Positions 41,722 to 50,528 of a stretch of 64,000 bases of DNA are shown here, piece by piece. The DNA is from an uncultured Acidobacteriaceae bacterium (GTDB lineage: Bacteria; Acidobacteriota; Terriglobia; Terriglobales; Acidobacteriaceae): NCBI GenBank assembly GCA_963702285.1, contig CAVPCB010000078.1, forward strand, positions 7,004 to 71,003, in the 5' to 3' direction. Positions within the stretch are counted from its first letter, which is position 1. Each line of letters begins with the position of its first letter. The notes beneath the pieces are model-generated. The model searched no databases. It had not been told where the DNA came from and saw nothing but the letters and a program-made list of their open reading frames with translations. A program made the position numbers and the translations under genes.

Positions 41722-43029
41722 GCTGGAGCTCAGCCCGCTCTTCGCGATTCGCGGGCGTGGCCCGCCGAAGCCGGAGCACGCGAGACGTATGAAGTGCTCC
41801 AGGAGCGGGCGACCGATGTGGGCACCAAGAAAGTGCTGCACTATTTGCTGACCCGCGAAGTGGCGCACACGAAGATGTTCATGAAGGCGCTGGAGTCGCT
41901 GGGCAAGCTGACTGAGCCGCTGTTTGGAAACATCAAGCCGGACGAGACGGTCAAGGTGTACTACCACCTGTCGACGAACGGGGTGGCGCAGCGCGGGCCG
42001 TGGAACCAGGAGCCGGAGTTCACGTATGTGGCCGATCCGGTGAAGATGATTGAGCACGGCGAGCTGGCGGGAGTGGGCGGCAAGCATTAGAGGCTGGCCC
42101 GAAAAACCCTTATGAACAGCGCCCCAGCTTCCGCGAAGGGGAGGACCGCGGGGGTTGGGGCGTTGTTTTTGCTGGAGCGCAGGGAAACGGATTGGGTCAG
42201 TGGCGCTGGCGGTTGGCCGTACGACGGCGGTGAAGGGGAAGTCAGCCTCGAAGCCAACCTGTCCGCCGATTTTCGGGCTGGCAATATGGCTGCCGCCGAG
42301 GAGCGCGAAGGTGAGGGCGAAGCGACTGCCGATCTGGTACCAGCCTCCGGCAAGCCCCTGGAGCTGGTCTCTGGAGAGGCTCTTGTTGTCCGCGACCGCA
42401 CCGTAAGCCTCCGCGCCCAGGCTCAGGCGCGGGTTCAGGTCGTGCACGACGGAGAGGCCTCCGGTGTAAACATGGCCGCGGGTATTCTGAGTGCCCAGGA
42501 CGCCGGTGCTGGTATTGCCGGCGAACAGGAATCCGAAATTGGCATTGAGCCGGGTCTTGTCGGAGAGCGGTTCCTGTGCGATGGAGTTGAGCCAGTAGTC
42601 GGTGAGGCCGGAACCCAGTTCCTGGCGCTCGTCCCCAGTGGGAAATTCAATGTAGAGGCTGGCTGAGAGGGCTGGAGCGCTGAGAGGGCGGGCGGCCTGG
42701 CGGAAGTTCCACTTGATGCCCAGGTCGGTATCGCCGGGCCCGGTGGAGGTGGGCGAACCCGGCGCGCGGTCGATGAAGAGGTACGGGGCATCGACGTCGA
42801 GCTCGAGGCCGCGCGGCAAGCCGTAGTTGATCTTGTAATTCAAGGTGTTCTGGCGGAGGTCGGGGTACTGAGCGGACTGGAGACTGTCGAGCTCGTTGAA
42901 GACCTCGAAATGCAGGGTTCCCTGGCCGGTGACGTCGGCATTGTCGGTATAGAAAGGCATCTGGGCCGCGACGATCGCCGTGCTGGCGATGGCAGACAGC
43001 AGAATCGCGAGTTGAAGCACCTTGCGCAT
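41419..43029 (-). CDS. outer-membrane beta-barrel (MetA-pathway/transporter family) with no stop codon at the expected end
   Basis: Signal peptide plus 266 aa of barrel-like sequence (GPGDTDLGIKWNF ... GGQVGFEADFPF, ending about 42232). The frame then stays open for another 270 codons antisense to the catalase remnant. Confidence 0.6.
   Translation of the reverse strand: MRKVLQLAILLSAIASTAIVAAQMPFYTDNADVTGQGTLHFEVFNELDSLQSAQYPDLRQNTLNYKINYGLPRGLELDVDAPYLFIDRAPGSPTSTGPGDTDLGIKWNFRQAARPLSAPALSASLYIEFPTGDERQELGSGLTDYWLNSIAQEPLSDKTRLNANFGFLFAGNTSTGVLGTQNTRGHVYTGGLSVVHDLNPRLSLGAEAYGAVADNKSLSRDQLQGLAGGWYQIGSRFALTFALLGGSHIASPKIGGQVGFEADFPFTAVVRPTASATDPIRFPALQQKQRPNPRGPPLRGSWGAVHKGFSGQPLMLAAHSRQLAVLNHLHRIGHIRELRLLVPRPALRHPVRRQVVVHLDRLVRLDVSKQRLSQLAQRLQRLHEHLRVRHFAGQQIVQHFLGAHIGRPLLEHFIRLACSGFGGPRPRIAKSGLSSSSCMPFSIPRVCSSISVPTTSRWPNSSTAMSCSSSRIPGFGQWNDWIQYCKPAVSSPVAPPNCCSRNCANTGSGLRTLACHSQLHRSRPVAVHIANHARYP
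41444..42090 (+). pseudogene. manganese catalase remnant (two frames, central segment missing)
   Basis: The N fragment reads VRKPDPVFAQFLLQQFGGATGELTAGLQYWIQSF...DIAVEEFGHLEVVGTLI. The C fragment reads ARETYEVLQERATDVGTKKVLHYLLTREVAHTKMF in another frame. Roughly 30 aa normally lying between them are absent. Confidence 0.7.
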
Positions 43030-43407
43030 CGGAGACTCCCTAACTGTAACTGGGCCGCGAAGATGGGACCGATGAAGGGAGTGTAAAAACGGCTTCTGAC
43101 TTCACGGATTGGCCATCGTTGGAGCGGCCCGGGGTGAAACTGGACGAGTTTGGGAATTCATTTCGAACCGAGCGGGGATGGGTTTGCCATTCTGGATCCG
43201 ATGAACATTAGTAATTAGGGGAAACGGCTCGGGCAGGGTATGCTTGAGGCTGTGGGGGTCCTCAGAATGTGCCCTCCGGATCTTCTGGCCTGACCTCGAT
43301 CGCTGCTTTTTTGAGCGGAACCCCACGCCGCCTGCAGCGAGACCCTGTTGACCTCGAGCCGTGGCTTTGGCAGTTCATGTAGCACAACCGGGAAATGAGG
43401 GGACGCG

Positions 43408-43638
43408 ATGCGATCGAATCTGGTGTACTCCGCCGGGCTGAAGATAGAGAACCGCTTTTTACTGGCGACGGTGGTGATGCGGGCGGTGCGGAAGCTGCAC
43501 ATCGACTCGACACGGACCGAAGACACGACGAATAATGTGTTCGCGCAGGTAGCGGAAGGGAAGTTTGTGCGGGTGGAGATGCCGGTGATCAAGGCTGCGC
43601 CGGCGATTGAGGCGTTGCTGATCGCGCCTGCCGCGTAG
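43408..43638 (+). CDS. small protein, possibly RNA polymerase omega-like
   Basis: 76 aa. NRFLLATVVMRAVRKLH resembles the omega/Rpb6 helix. A strong terminator follows. Confidence 0.4.
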   Translation: MRSNLVYSAGLKIENRFLLATVVMRAVRKLHIDSTRTEDTTNNVFAQVAEGKFVRVEMPVIKAAPAIEALLIAPAA

Positions 43639-43657
43639 GGTGCTTCGTTAGGAAGAA

Positions 43658-43690
43658 GGCCGACCCCTCGGGGGTCGGCCTTTGTTTTTT
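43658..43690 (+). terminator. Rho-independent terminator
   Basis: GGCCGACCCC-TCG-GGGGTCGGCC followed by TTTGTTTTTT. Confidence 0.75.
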
Positions 43691-43705
43691 GGGCGGGAAA
43701 AGGCC

Positions 43706-43968
43706 GCGGCTGAAGCCGCTTCTCTTTTGGCCTTTATTCCATGGCCTGAAGGCCATGGCTTCTACCGTCGCCTCGCTGCGCGAGGCCCCAGTGCGCTAGC
43801 GAGGGTGAGGAGTGGGTTGGTGCGTTCGAACGGAACGAAACGCGGTAGGAGGTAATGTGAGCCCCGAAATTCACGGCAGAGTCCGCAGGCCTGCGAGCTG
43901 AGGCCGGTTCTTTTGGGCTCTTGTCGATGGCCTGAATGCTATGGTGCTGCCGGCGCTCGCTGCGCGAG
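43706..43968. repeat. cluster of short GC hairpins with TGAA loops, plus a ~45-bp direct repeat
   Basis: GCGGC-TGAA-GCCGC (43706-43719) and CCATGGCC-TGAA-GGCCATGG (43739-43758). The direct repeat ATGGCCTGAA.GC.ATGG...CTCGCTGCGCGAG is at 43739-43784 and 43927-43968. Confidence 0.7.
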
Positions 43969-44121
43969 TGCCTTGTGTGCGCGCGGCAAACAGAGGCCCG
44001 CGTTCCACAATCGGCCGTCCTGGCCTGTTTCGAGCGTGATGGAAGGCATCGCGGTCCGTCGAGTTCCACCCTGATTCCCAGGACGCGGGCGCGATCGAGA
44101 ATGGGCACCCGGCGAACTGCT

Positions 44122-46317
44122 CTATTTGCCGCCCGTTTCGTTCCACAGGAACGCCATTTCGTCGGTGTAGTCCTCCACGAGCTGGGTCATGGAGACGCCG
44201 GCGCTGTGTCCGCCTTTGATGGAGTAGTGCAGCAGGATGGGGCGATCGCCGCCACTCGAAGCCTGCATGAGCGCGGTCATCTTGCGGGCGTTCATGGGGT
44301 CGACGCGCGTGTCGTTGTCGCCGGTGAAGAACATGATGGCCGGATACTTCGTGCCCTTGTGCACGTTCTGGTAGGGCGAGTACTTCACGATGTAGGCGAA
44401 GTCCTTCGGGTTTTCGGCGTTGCCGTATTCGGTGGTCCAGAGGCGGCCGAACTCGAATTTCTGATAGCGGAGCATGTCGAGCAGTGGATAGCCGCACCAG
44501 ATGGCGCCGAAGAGGTCGGGGCGCTGGGTCATCGCCGCGCCCATGAGCAGGCCGCCGTTGGAGCGGCCGCGGATGGCGAAGTGTTCGGGCGATGTGTATT
44601 TGTTGGCGATGAGATATTCAGCGGCGGCTGCAAAGTCGTCAAAGACGTTCTGCTTGTTTTCGAACATCGCGGCTTTGTGCCAGGCTTCGCCGTACTCGTT
44701 GCCGCCGCGCAGGTTGGGCAGCGCGAAGTAGCCGCCCTGCTCCATCCACCAGGCGTACTCGGGGTTCCACGTGGAGAGCTCGGCGAGGTCGAAGCCGCCG
44801 TAGCCGGTCATGAGCAGGCGCGCGGAGCCGTCGCGAGGCAGGCCCTTTTTGCCGGCGATGAACATCGGGACCTGGGTCCCATCCTTTGATTTGTAGAAAA
44901 CCTGGGTGACTTCGTACTGCGTGGAGTCGAAGGGGACTTTGGGCGCGGCGAAGACCTCGGAGCGGCCGGTCTTTGTGTCGTAGCGGTAGATGGTGGGCGG
45001 GAGGATGAAGGAGTCGAAGGTGTAGAAGCCTTCGGTCTGGGTGGGGCGGCCGTAGACGACGGTGCCGGTGCCGATGCCGGGATAGGTAAGGGTGCCGGTC
45101 TGCTTGCCGTCGAGGGAGTAGATGGAGGTTTCAGTTTTGACGTCGTGGAGGCGGGAGACGAAGAGCTTGTCGCCGACGATGCTGTAGCCGTCGATGACGT
45201 CTTTGCCTTCGGGGACGATGGTCTTCCACGAGGAGGGCTCGGCGCCAGGCGTGGCTTCGACGATGCGCGTGTTGGGCGCCTCGTAGTCGGTCATGAGGAA
45301 GAAGCGGTCGTCGGCGGCGAGGACGCGCACGTGGGCCTGGACGTTGTAGACCAGCGGAACAAAGTCGGCATCGGGTTTGCGCAGGTCCTTGACGAGGTAG
45401 TCCTGGCTGGTGGCGGGGACGCCGTGAGCAATGGAGACGATGAGGTAGTGGTGGTCGTCGGTAATGTCGCAGCTGATGAGATCGAGTTCGCCGAGCTGGC
45501 GGCCGTGGTATTCGCCGCCGAAGAGCTTCTGGTCGTCGTTGACCGACTTACCGAATTTGTGGAACCAGACGTTGGTGCCCTGATGGGTGAATTTGGCGTA
45601 GTAGAGGCCGGAGTTATCGGGCGCGAGATTAATGCCGGAGTAGCGCGCCGTGGGCAGGACGTCGGCGAGGTTGCTGCCGTTTTTGACGCTGCGGATGTGG
45701 ACCGCGCCCTCGTCGGCGCCGCCGTTGCGGATCTCGTAGACGACGAGGTTGGCGTCGTCGGAGATGTCGACCATGTTGACGGAGGTGTTCTGGTCGGCGC
45801 TGAGTTTCGAGGCGTCGATGAGGAGCTCGTCTTTGCCATGCCAGCCGGTGCGCGTGTAAATGGAGCCCTGGTTCTGATCGGCGAGGCGTTTTTTGAAGAA
45901 GTACTTGCCGGCGCGGAGGGTGGGCATGGAGTACTGGTCGACGCGCATGAGGGCGGTGAGTTCGCTGGAGATTTTCGGCAGCGTGGTGAGCTGGGACAGG
46001 TACTGCTGCGTGTAGGCGTTCTCCTGGGTGATCCAGGCGCGGGTGGCGGGCGCTTTGGCGTCTTCGAGCCAGCGGTAGGGGTCGTCGATTTTGGTGCCGG
46101 CGTAGTCGTCGGTGACGGTGTTCACGGTCGCGACAGGAGGCGCGGGGAGGTTGATTCCGTTTTCGCCGTGGATGGGGGTTTGGGCGTGAAGCATCAGCGG
46201 CGCGGCGGCAACGGCGAGCGCGAGGAGAGAGTAGCGAGCGAGCATGAGAGGGTCTCCATGGGCAAGGTCGGGGAGAGAAGGGGTAGTGTACGGCATTTGC
46301 GGAGAGCCGTTCAGCAT
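44122..46317 (-). CDS. prolyl oligopeptidase family (S9A) serine peptidase
   Basis: N-terminal beta-propeller plus a C-terminal hydrolase domain with GRSNGGLLMGA (catalytic Ser). The likely start is at 46245 (MLARYSLLALAVAAAPLMLHA signal peptide, GGAG upstream). Confidence 0.9.
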   Translation of the reverse strand: MLNGSPQMPYTTPSLPDLAHGDPLMLARYSLLALAVAAAPLMLHAQTPIHGENGINLPAPPVATVNTVTDDYAGTKIDDPYRWLEDAKAPATRAWITQENAYTQQYLSQLTTLPKISSELTALMRVDQYSMPTLRAGKYFFKKRLADQNQGSIYTRTGWHGKDELLIDASKLSADQNTSVNMVDISDDANLVVYEIRNGGADEGAVHIRSVKNGSNLADVLPTARYSGINLAPDNSGLYYAKFTHQGTNVWFHKFGKSVNDDQKLFGGEYHGRQLGELDLISCDITDDHHYLIVSIAHGVPATSQDYLVKDLRKPDADFVPLVYNVQAHVRVLAADDRFFLMTDYEAPNTRIVEATPGAEPSSWKTIVPEGKDVIDGYSIVGDKLFVSRLHDVKTETSIYSLDGKQTGTLTYPGIGTGTVVYGRPTQTEGFYTFDSFILPPTIYRYDTKTGRSEVFAAPKVPFDSTQYEVTQVFYKSKDGTQVPMFIAGKKGLPRDGSARLLMTGYGGFDLAELSTWNPEYAWWMEQGGYFALPNLRGGNEYGEAWHKAAMFENKQNVFDDFAAAAEYLIANKYTSPEHFAIRGRSNGGLLMGAAMTQRPDLFGAIWCGYPLLDMLRYQKFEFGRLWTTEYGNAENPKDFAYIVKYSPYQNVHKGTKYPAIMFFTGDNDTRVDPMNARKMTALMQASSGGDRPILLHYSIKGGHSAGVSMTQLVEDYTDEMAFLWNETGGK

Positions 46318-46345
46318 GAGGGCACAGAGGACGCGGGGAGATTGG

Positions 46346-46903
46346 CTACGAGCCGGCGGCGCTGGACCAGAAGGCGTGGGTGCGGGAGGGAATGCGGTCG
46401 GGGTATTCGCGATAGAGCGCGTTGAGGGCGTGGAAGAGGGCTTTCGATTCGGCGCCGAGGCCGAGCAGCAAGGTGGAGCGCAGGATGCGCGTGAGGCGGA
46501 GGTGGTTGTGGTTCATGGGCCAGAGCCAGTTCTGCGCGCGCGCGGCGAAGTCGGGGGTGCGCTCGATGGCGATGCCGGCGGGAGTGGAGATCTGGCGGAA
46601 TCCGTAGAAGCGCATCATGCGCTGGAAAGACTGGCGGAGGCGATCCTGCATGGCGATGGAGGAGTGGAAGATGCGGATGGTAGTGGGGTCGAGGATGGGC
46701 GCGTGGGGGTTGGCGCCGGAGGGCTCGGGCAGGGGAAAGAGCCACTGGATGAAGTCGTGGATGGCTTCGAGGCGGTCGTCATCCCACGCGAGGATTTCGG
46801 CGAGGGTGCGGCCGTCGTCGTCGGGTGCGCCTTCACGATAGAAGGCGACAAGAGGGTGGGTGGGCGTCCCGGTCAGAGGCAGATCCAGCCTTTCAGAAAT
46901 CAT
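46346..46903 (-). CDS. opioid-growth-factor-receptor (OGFr) N-terminal-domain-like protein
   Basis: 185 aa. FYREGAPDDDGRTLAEILAWDDDRLEAIHDFIQWLFPLPEPS matches the OGFr conserved region pattern. Confidence 0.65.
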   Translation of the reverse strand: MISERLDLPLTGTPTHPLVAFYREGAPDDDGRTLAEILAWDDDRLEAIHDFIQWLFPLPEPSGANPHAPILDPTTIRIFHSSIAMQDRLRQSFQRMMRFYGFRQISTPAGIAIERTPDFAARAQNWLWPMNHNHLRLTRILRSTLLLGLGAESKALFHALNALYREYPDRIPSRTHAFWSSAAGS

Positions 46904-47119
46904 TCCCGCAAAGAAGGAGGGCCCGCGGGAGACTTAAGTCCCCCACAGCAGACTAACGAGTTTTCGGGCGGACTGGCGGGCGATTCGCTGTTATCCTGTG
47001 AATGTTTCTTTGAGCAACCACACCGGTCCAACCTGCGCCGCAAGGCGCGCACTCCTGGACAGCCTGGCCTGAGCGAGGTCGCTTCGCGACCGAGTCGAAT
47101 GGCGCGAGTCTCTTAAAAA

Positions 47120-48784
47120 ATGGCAGACGCAAAACTTCAAATCATTCCTTTAGGCGGTCTCGGCGAATTCGGCATGAACTGCCTCGCCCTCCGCTACAAA
47201 GACGACATCGTCGTTATCGATGCGGGCCTGATGTTTCCGGAGTCCGAATTGCTGGGCGTCGACATCGTCGTACCGGACATTTCGTACCTGGTCGAAAACA
47301 AGCCGCTGGTCCGCGCCATCGTCCTGACGCACGGCCATGAGGATCACATCGGCGGGTTGCCGTGGATTCTTTCCGAGCTGAACGTGCCCGTTTACGCCAC
47401 CGAGTTCACGCTGGCCTACGTCGAAGGCAAGCTCGAAGAGCACGCGCTGCTCGACGACTCGGAGCTGATCGAGATCGTGCCCGGGGAGAAGTTTTCGCTC
47501 GGCGCCTTCACCATCGAGCCCATCCGCGTCACCCATTCCATGGTGGATTGCGTGGCCCTGGCCATCGAGACTCCGGTTGGAATCGTCGTACACACCGGCG
47601 ACTTCAAGATCGACCTCTCGCCGCCGGACGGCAAGGCCTTCGACCTGCACCGCTTCGCCGAATACGGCAAGCGCGGCGTGCTTGCGCTGCTGCAGGACTC
47701 GACCAACGTGGACCGGGCCGGCTACACGCCGAGCGAATGGTCGGTGAAGCCGCGGCTCGACGAGATTTTCTCGCGAACGAAGAAGAAGCTTTTCTTCAGC
47801 TGCTTCTCATCGTCGATCTACCGCATCCGGATCGCCGTGCGAACTGGCGCGGCTTCACAGCCGCAAGGTGGCGATTGTCGGCCGCTCGATGCTGGAGTCG
47901 ACGGAGATCGCGCAGGACCTCGGCTATCTCGACCTGCCGTCCGTCGCTGATCATCCACCCGGGACAGGTCTCCGACTATTCGCCGGAGCAGGTCATGATC
48001 CTGATCAGCGGCACGCAGGGCGAGCCGATGAGCGCGCTGAGCCGCGCCGCGGTGGACAACCACAAGCACGCGCGCATCGCTGCCGGGCGACACGGTCATC
48101 CTGAGTTCGCGCGTGATTCCGGGTAATGAGAAGTCGATCTTCCGCGTGATCGACCACCTCTGCCGCCGCGACGCCGACGTGATCTTTGACGACGGCTCGC
48201 ACGGGCTGATCCACGTAAGCGGACACGCGAGCCAGGAAGAGCAGCGGCTGATGATCAACCTGCTCAGGCCGAAGTTCTTTGTCCCGATCCACGGCGACTA
48301 CCGGCATTTGAAGAAGCACGCCGAGGTCGCGCAGCGGCTGGGCGTGGTAGATCTGGCGCTGGTGATCGAGAACGGCGAAATCCTGGAGCTGGACCGCAAC
48401 AACGCTGCGAAAGGCGGCAAAGTCACGGCGGGGCGCGTCTGCATTGACTCCGGCTCGGCGAGCGACGTGGTTGAAGACCTGGTGATCCGCGACCGCCGGC
48501 ATCTTTCAGAAGACGGCTTCGTGCTGCCGATCCTCACCATTAATAAGTTAAGCGGGAAAGTGGAGCGCCAGCCGGAGCTGGTTTCGCGCGGCTTTGTCGG
48601 GGCGGAGCCTGGACTGATGGAAGGCGCGCGGCAGGTGGTGACGGCGACGCTGGACAGTTCCAGTCCGGAAGAGAAGGCCGACTACGGGGTGATCAAGGAG
48701 AAGATCCGCATCGACCTGAAGCGTTACATCCAGAAAAACACCAGCCGGCGGCCGCTGATCATGCCGGTGATTCTGGAAATCTGA
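47120..48784 (+). pseudogene. rnj: RNase J family beta-CASP ribonuclease, interrupted by three frameshifts
   Basis: HGHEDHIGG metallo-beta-lactamase motif. Homology continues through frames 2 -> 0 -> 1 -> 2 with junctions near 47840, 47940 and 48081. The C-terminal part (IPGNEKSIFRVIDHL...HVSGHASQEE) returns to the starting frame. Confidence 0.85.
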
Positions 48785-48790
48785 ACGAAG

Positions 48791-48814
48791 CCTGTAGGCG
48801 GTAGGCTGTAGCCC
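48791..48814. repeat. heptamer-like array CCTGTAG GCGGTAG GCTGTAG
   Basis: This is the reverse complement of the CTACAGCCTACCG motif seen at 30722-30757. It lies just after the RNase J stop. Confidence 0.7.
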
Positions 48815-48823
48815 TTGCTAATG

Positions 48824-48860
48824 AAAACGCCCCGGTCTTAAGACCGGGGCGTTTTTCTTT
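48824..48860. terminator. bidirectional Rho-independent terminator
   Basis: AAAACGCCCCGGTC-TTAA-GACCGGGGCGTTTTTCTTTT between convergent genes. Confidence 0.75.
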
Positions 48861-48878
48861 TGCGGTGTGCGGGGAAAG

Positions 48879-49499
48879 CTACTGCACCAGACCGTTATTG
48901 CTGCCTCCGGCCGGCGTAACGTTGGTGACCTGCCAGCCGCTCGAGCTTTTTACCAGCGTGGCGGTGGCCGTTTGCTGGCCGGAAGTGAGAGCGGCGATTT
49001 TCGGGAAGGCCGTTTTCATCTCGGCGGAACCGGCCCAGTCCGGCAGGTCCGTCACCGCATCGTGATAGTTGACGGTGTACTGCGTCTGGTCGGCATCGGG
49101 CGGGGTGAAGCTGTCGATCGAAGTGACCTCACGATGGCCAAAGCAGAAGTTGCCGTACCCGGGTTGAGCGGCATCGGCGGTCCAGGTGGAGCGGCCCTTG
49201 TCGGAAAGATCGTAGTCGTTGACCTGCTTCGACCCGACCAGAAAGCGCTTCTTCTCCTGAGGCGTGCGAACCAGCATGCCGGCATCGGTGAGGGCGTCGA
49301 AGCCTTTGGTCTGGTCTTCGTTGTTGGTGTCGGCCTGAGCGGGGAACTTGACGGGAGCGGACCAGACGCAGACGTGCTGGGCGCTGTAATAGCTGTTGAG
49401 CGCGGACTTGAAGGCGCCAGGATCCACGGCATTTTTATGGCACCCGGCGGCGGCAAAGCACAGTGCGAGTCCCGCGAGGCAGATGATTCTCTTTGTCAT
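48879..49499 (-). CDS. lipoprotein of unknown function
   Basis: 206 aa with signal peptide and lipobox (LALCFAAAGC). Confidence 0.6.
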   Translation of the reverse strand: MTKRIICLAGLALCFAAAGCHKNAVDPGAFKSALNSYYSAQHVCVWSAPVKFPAQADTNNEDQTKGFDALTDAGMLVRTPQEKKRFLVGSKQVNDYDLSDKGRSTWTADAAQPGYGNFCFGHREVTSIDSFTPPDADQTQYTVNYHDAVTDLPDWAGSAEMKTAFPKIAALTSGQQTATATLVKSSSGWQVTNVTPAGGSNNGLVQ

Positions 49500-49601
49500 T
49501 CGTTGATTCTCCTCGGCTTTGTAGGATGCGAACGGCCAGCCGCGCGGGACGCGGCGCCGAAGGAGAAAAACGAGGCAACCCTTTTGGTTCGGGCCAAATA
49601 G

Positions 49602-49627
49602 AAAAGCCCCGGCAAACCGGGGCTTTC
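49602..49627 (-). terminator. hairpin terminator after the 49641-50528 gene
   Basis: AAAAGCCCCGG-CAAA-CCGGGGCTTTC. On the minus strand the stem is followed by TTTTCTATTT. Confidence 0.55.
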
Positions 49628-49640
49628 TGTTGCGGATGTT

Positions 49641-50528
49641 TCAGACCTGCGCGAATTCTTCCTGGTGCTCTTCTTCGTCTGTGCCATGCCGGCGCAGCAG
49701 CGTCGGCAGGTTCTGCGAGAAGGCCGAGCGTGGCATGACCATGTCGCAGCCCGCCTCGATGGCCTTGGCCTTCAGGTCGCCCTGCAGGTGGGAGAGGAAT
49801 CCGATGACCGAGGTTCCCTTCTTCAACTTCGACTTAATTTTGGGAATCAGGGTTAGCGGTTTGGCCGCGGCGTTGTTGAGGTCGAAGACGATGAGCGAGG
49901 GGCGTTCTTCCTCAGGAGCCTCGACGAGTCGAGCGAGGGTTTCTGGCTCGTTCTTCACGAAGGCGACTTTGATGCCGAGCTTGCGCGCGGTCTCATTGAT
50001 CTTGGCGAAGAAGAACAGGTCTTCGATGAAGAAGAGAATGCGGGTGGGCGCGTCCTCGCGGATGGGCGGCGGTGGCGGCTCCCACGTGGCCTGATGCTCG
50101 GCGTGGTAGCCGTTGCCGTTCACGTTGCCGTTGCGGAACTCGATGGTGGAGGGAGGCCCGTCCGCCACATTGCCGTTGACGACGCGATAGCTGTGGTCCA
50201 TGGGGCCGACAAACGTGCGCTCGCGGCGCGGCTTGTTGCGGCGGCGCCCTCCGCCTCCGCCCTGGCCGTTGCCGTTGGCGAAGAAACGCTGCTGGCTGGA
50301 GGGCTGGGGTTTAGGCGGCCTCGGTTTGAACGCCGGCGGCGATTGGCTTTGGGGCTGGGCCTGATTCTGGCCCTGGCCGTTGGCCTGAGCCGCGCCACCC
50401 TTGTTCTTGTTCCGCTTGCGGCGACGACGGCGGCGACGTCCGCCGCCTCCCTCATCGTTGAATTGACCCTGATTCGGTGCCTGAGCCTGGTTTTCCGTGG
50501 GCTGAGGCTGGTTCTGCTCTGTTGTCAT
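49641..50528 (-). CDS. protein with a Q/N/G/R-rich disordered N-terminal half and a receiver-like C-terminal domain
   Basis: 295 aa. The first ~150 aa are low complexity (GGGGRRRRRRRKRNKNKGG, QAQPQSQ). The C-terminal ~130 aa have a CheY-like pattern (ILFFIED...LIVFDLNN...IGFLSH...) with non-canonical residues. Confidence 0.6.
   Translation of the reverse strand: MTTEQNQPQPTENQAQAPNQGQFNDEGGGGRRRRRRRKRNKNKGGAAQANGQGQNQAQPQSQSPPAFKPRPPKPQPSSQQRFFANGNGQGGGGGRRRNKPRRERTFVGPMDHSYRVVNGNVADGPPSTIEFRNGNVNGNGYHAEHQATWEPPPPPIREDAPTRILFFIEDLFFFAKINETARKLGIKVAFVKNEPETLARLVEAPEEERPSLIVFDLNNAAAKPLTLIPKIKSKLKKGTSVIGFLSHLQGDLKAKAIEAGCDMVMPRSAFSQNLPTLLRRHGTDEEEHQEEFAQV

Noticed and set aside
41419-42231. The 270-codon C-terminal extension of the OMP ORF as a genuine domain.
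   Set aside because: It is antisense to recognisable catalase sequence and has no barrel-like alternation. It is reported as an anomaly (missing stop) rather than as protein sequence.
47868-48126. Treating the RNase J pieces (47868-48104, 47362-48126, 48113-48784) as separate small genes.
   Set aside because: Their meaningful segments are consecutive parts of one RNase J homologue, and the remainder of each ORF is out-of-frame junk.
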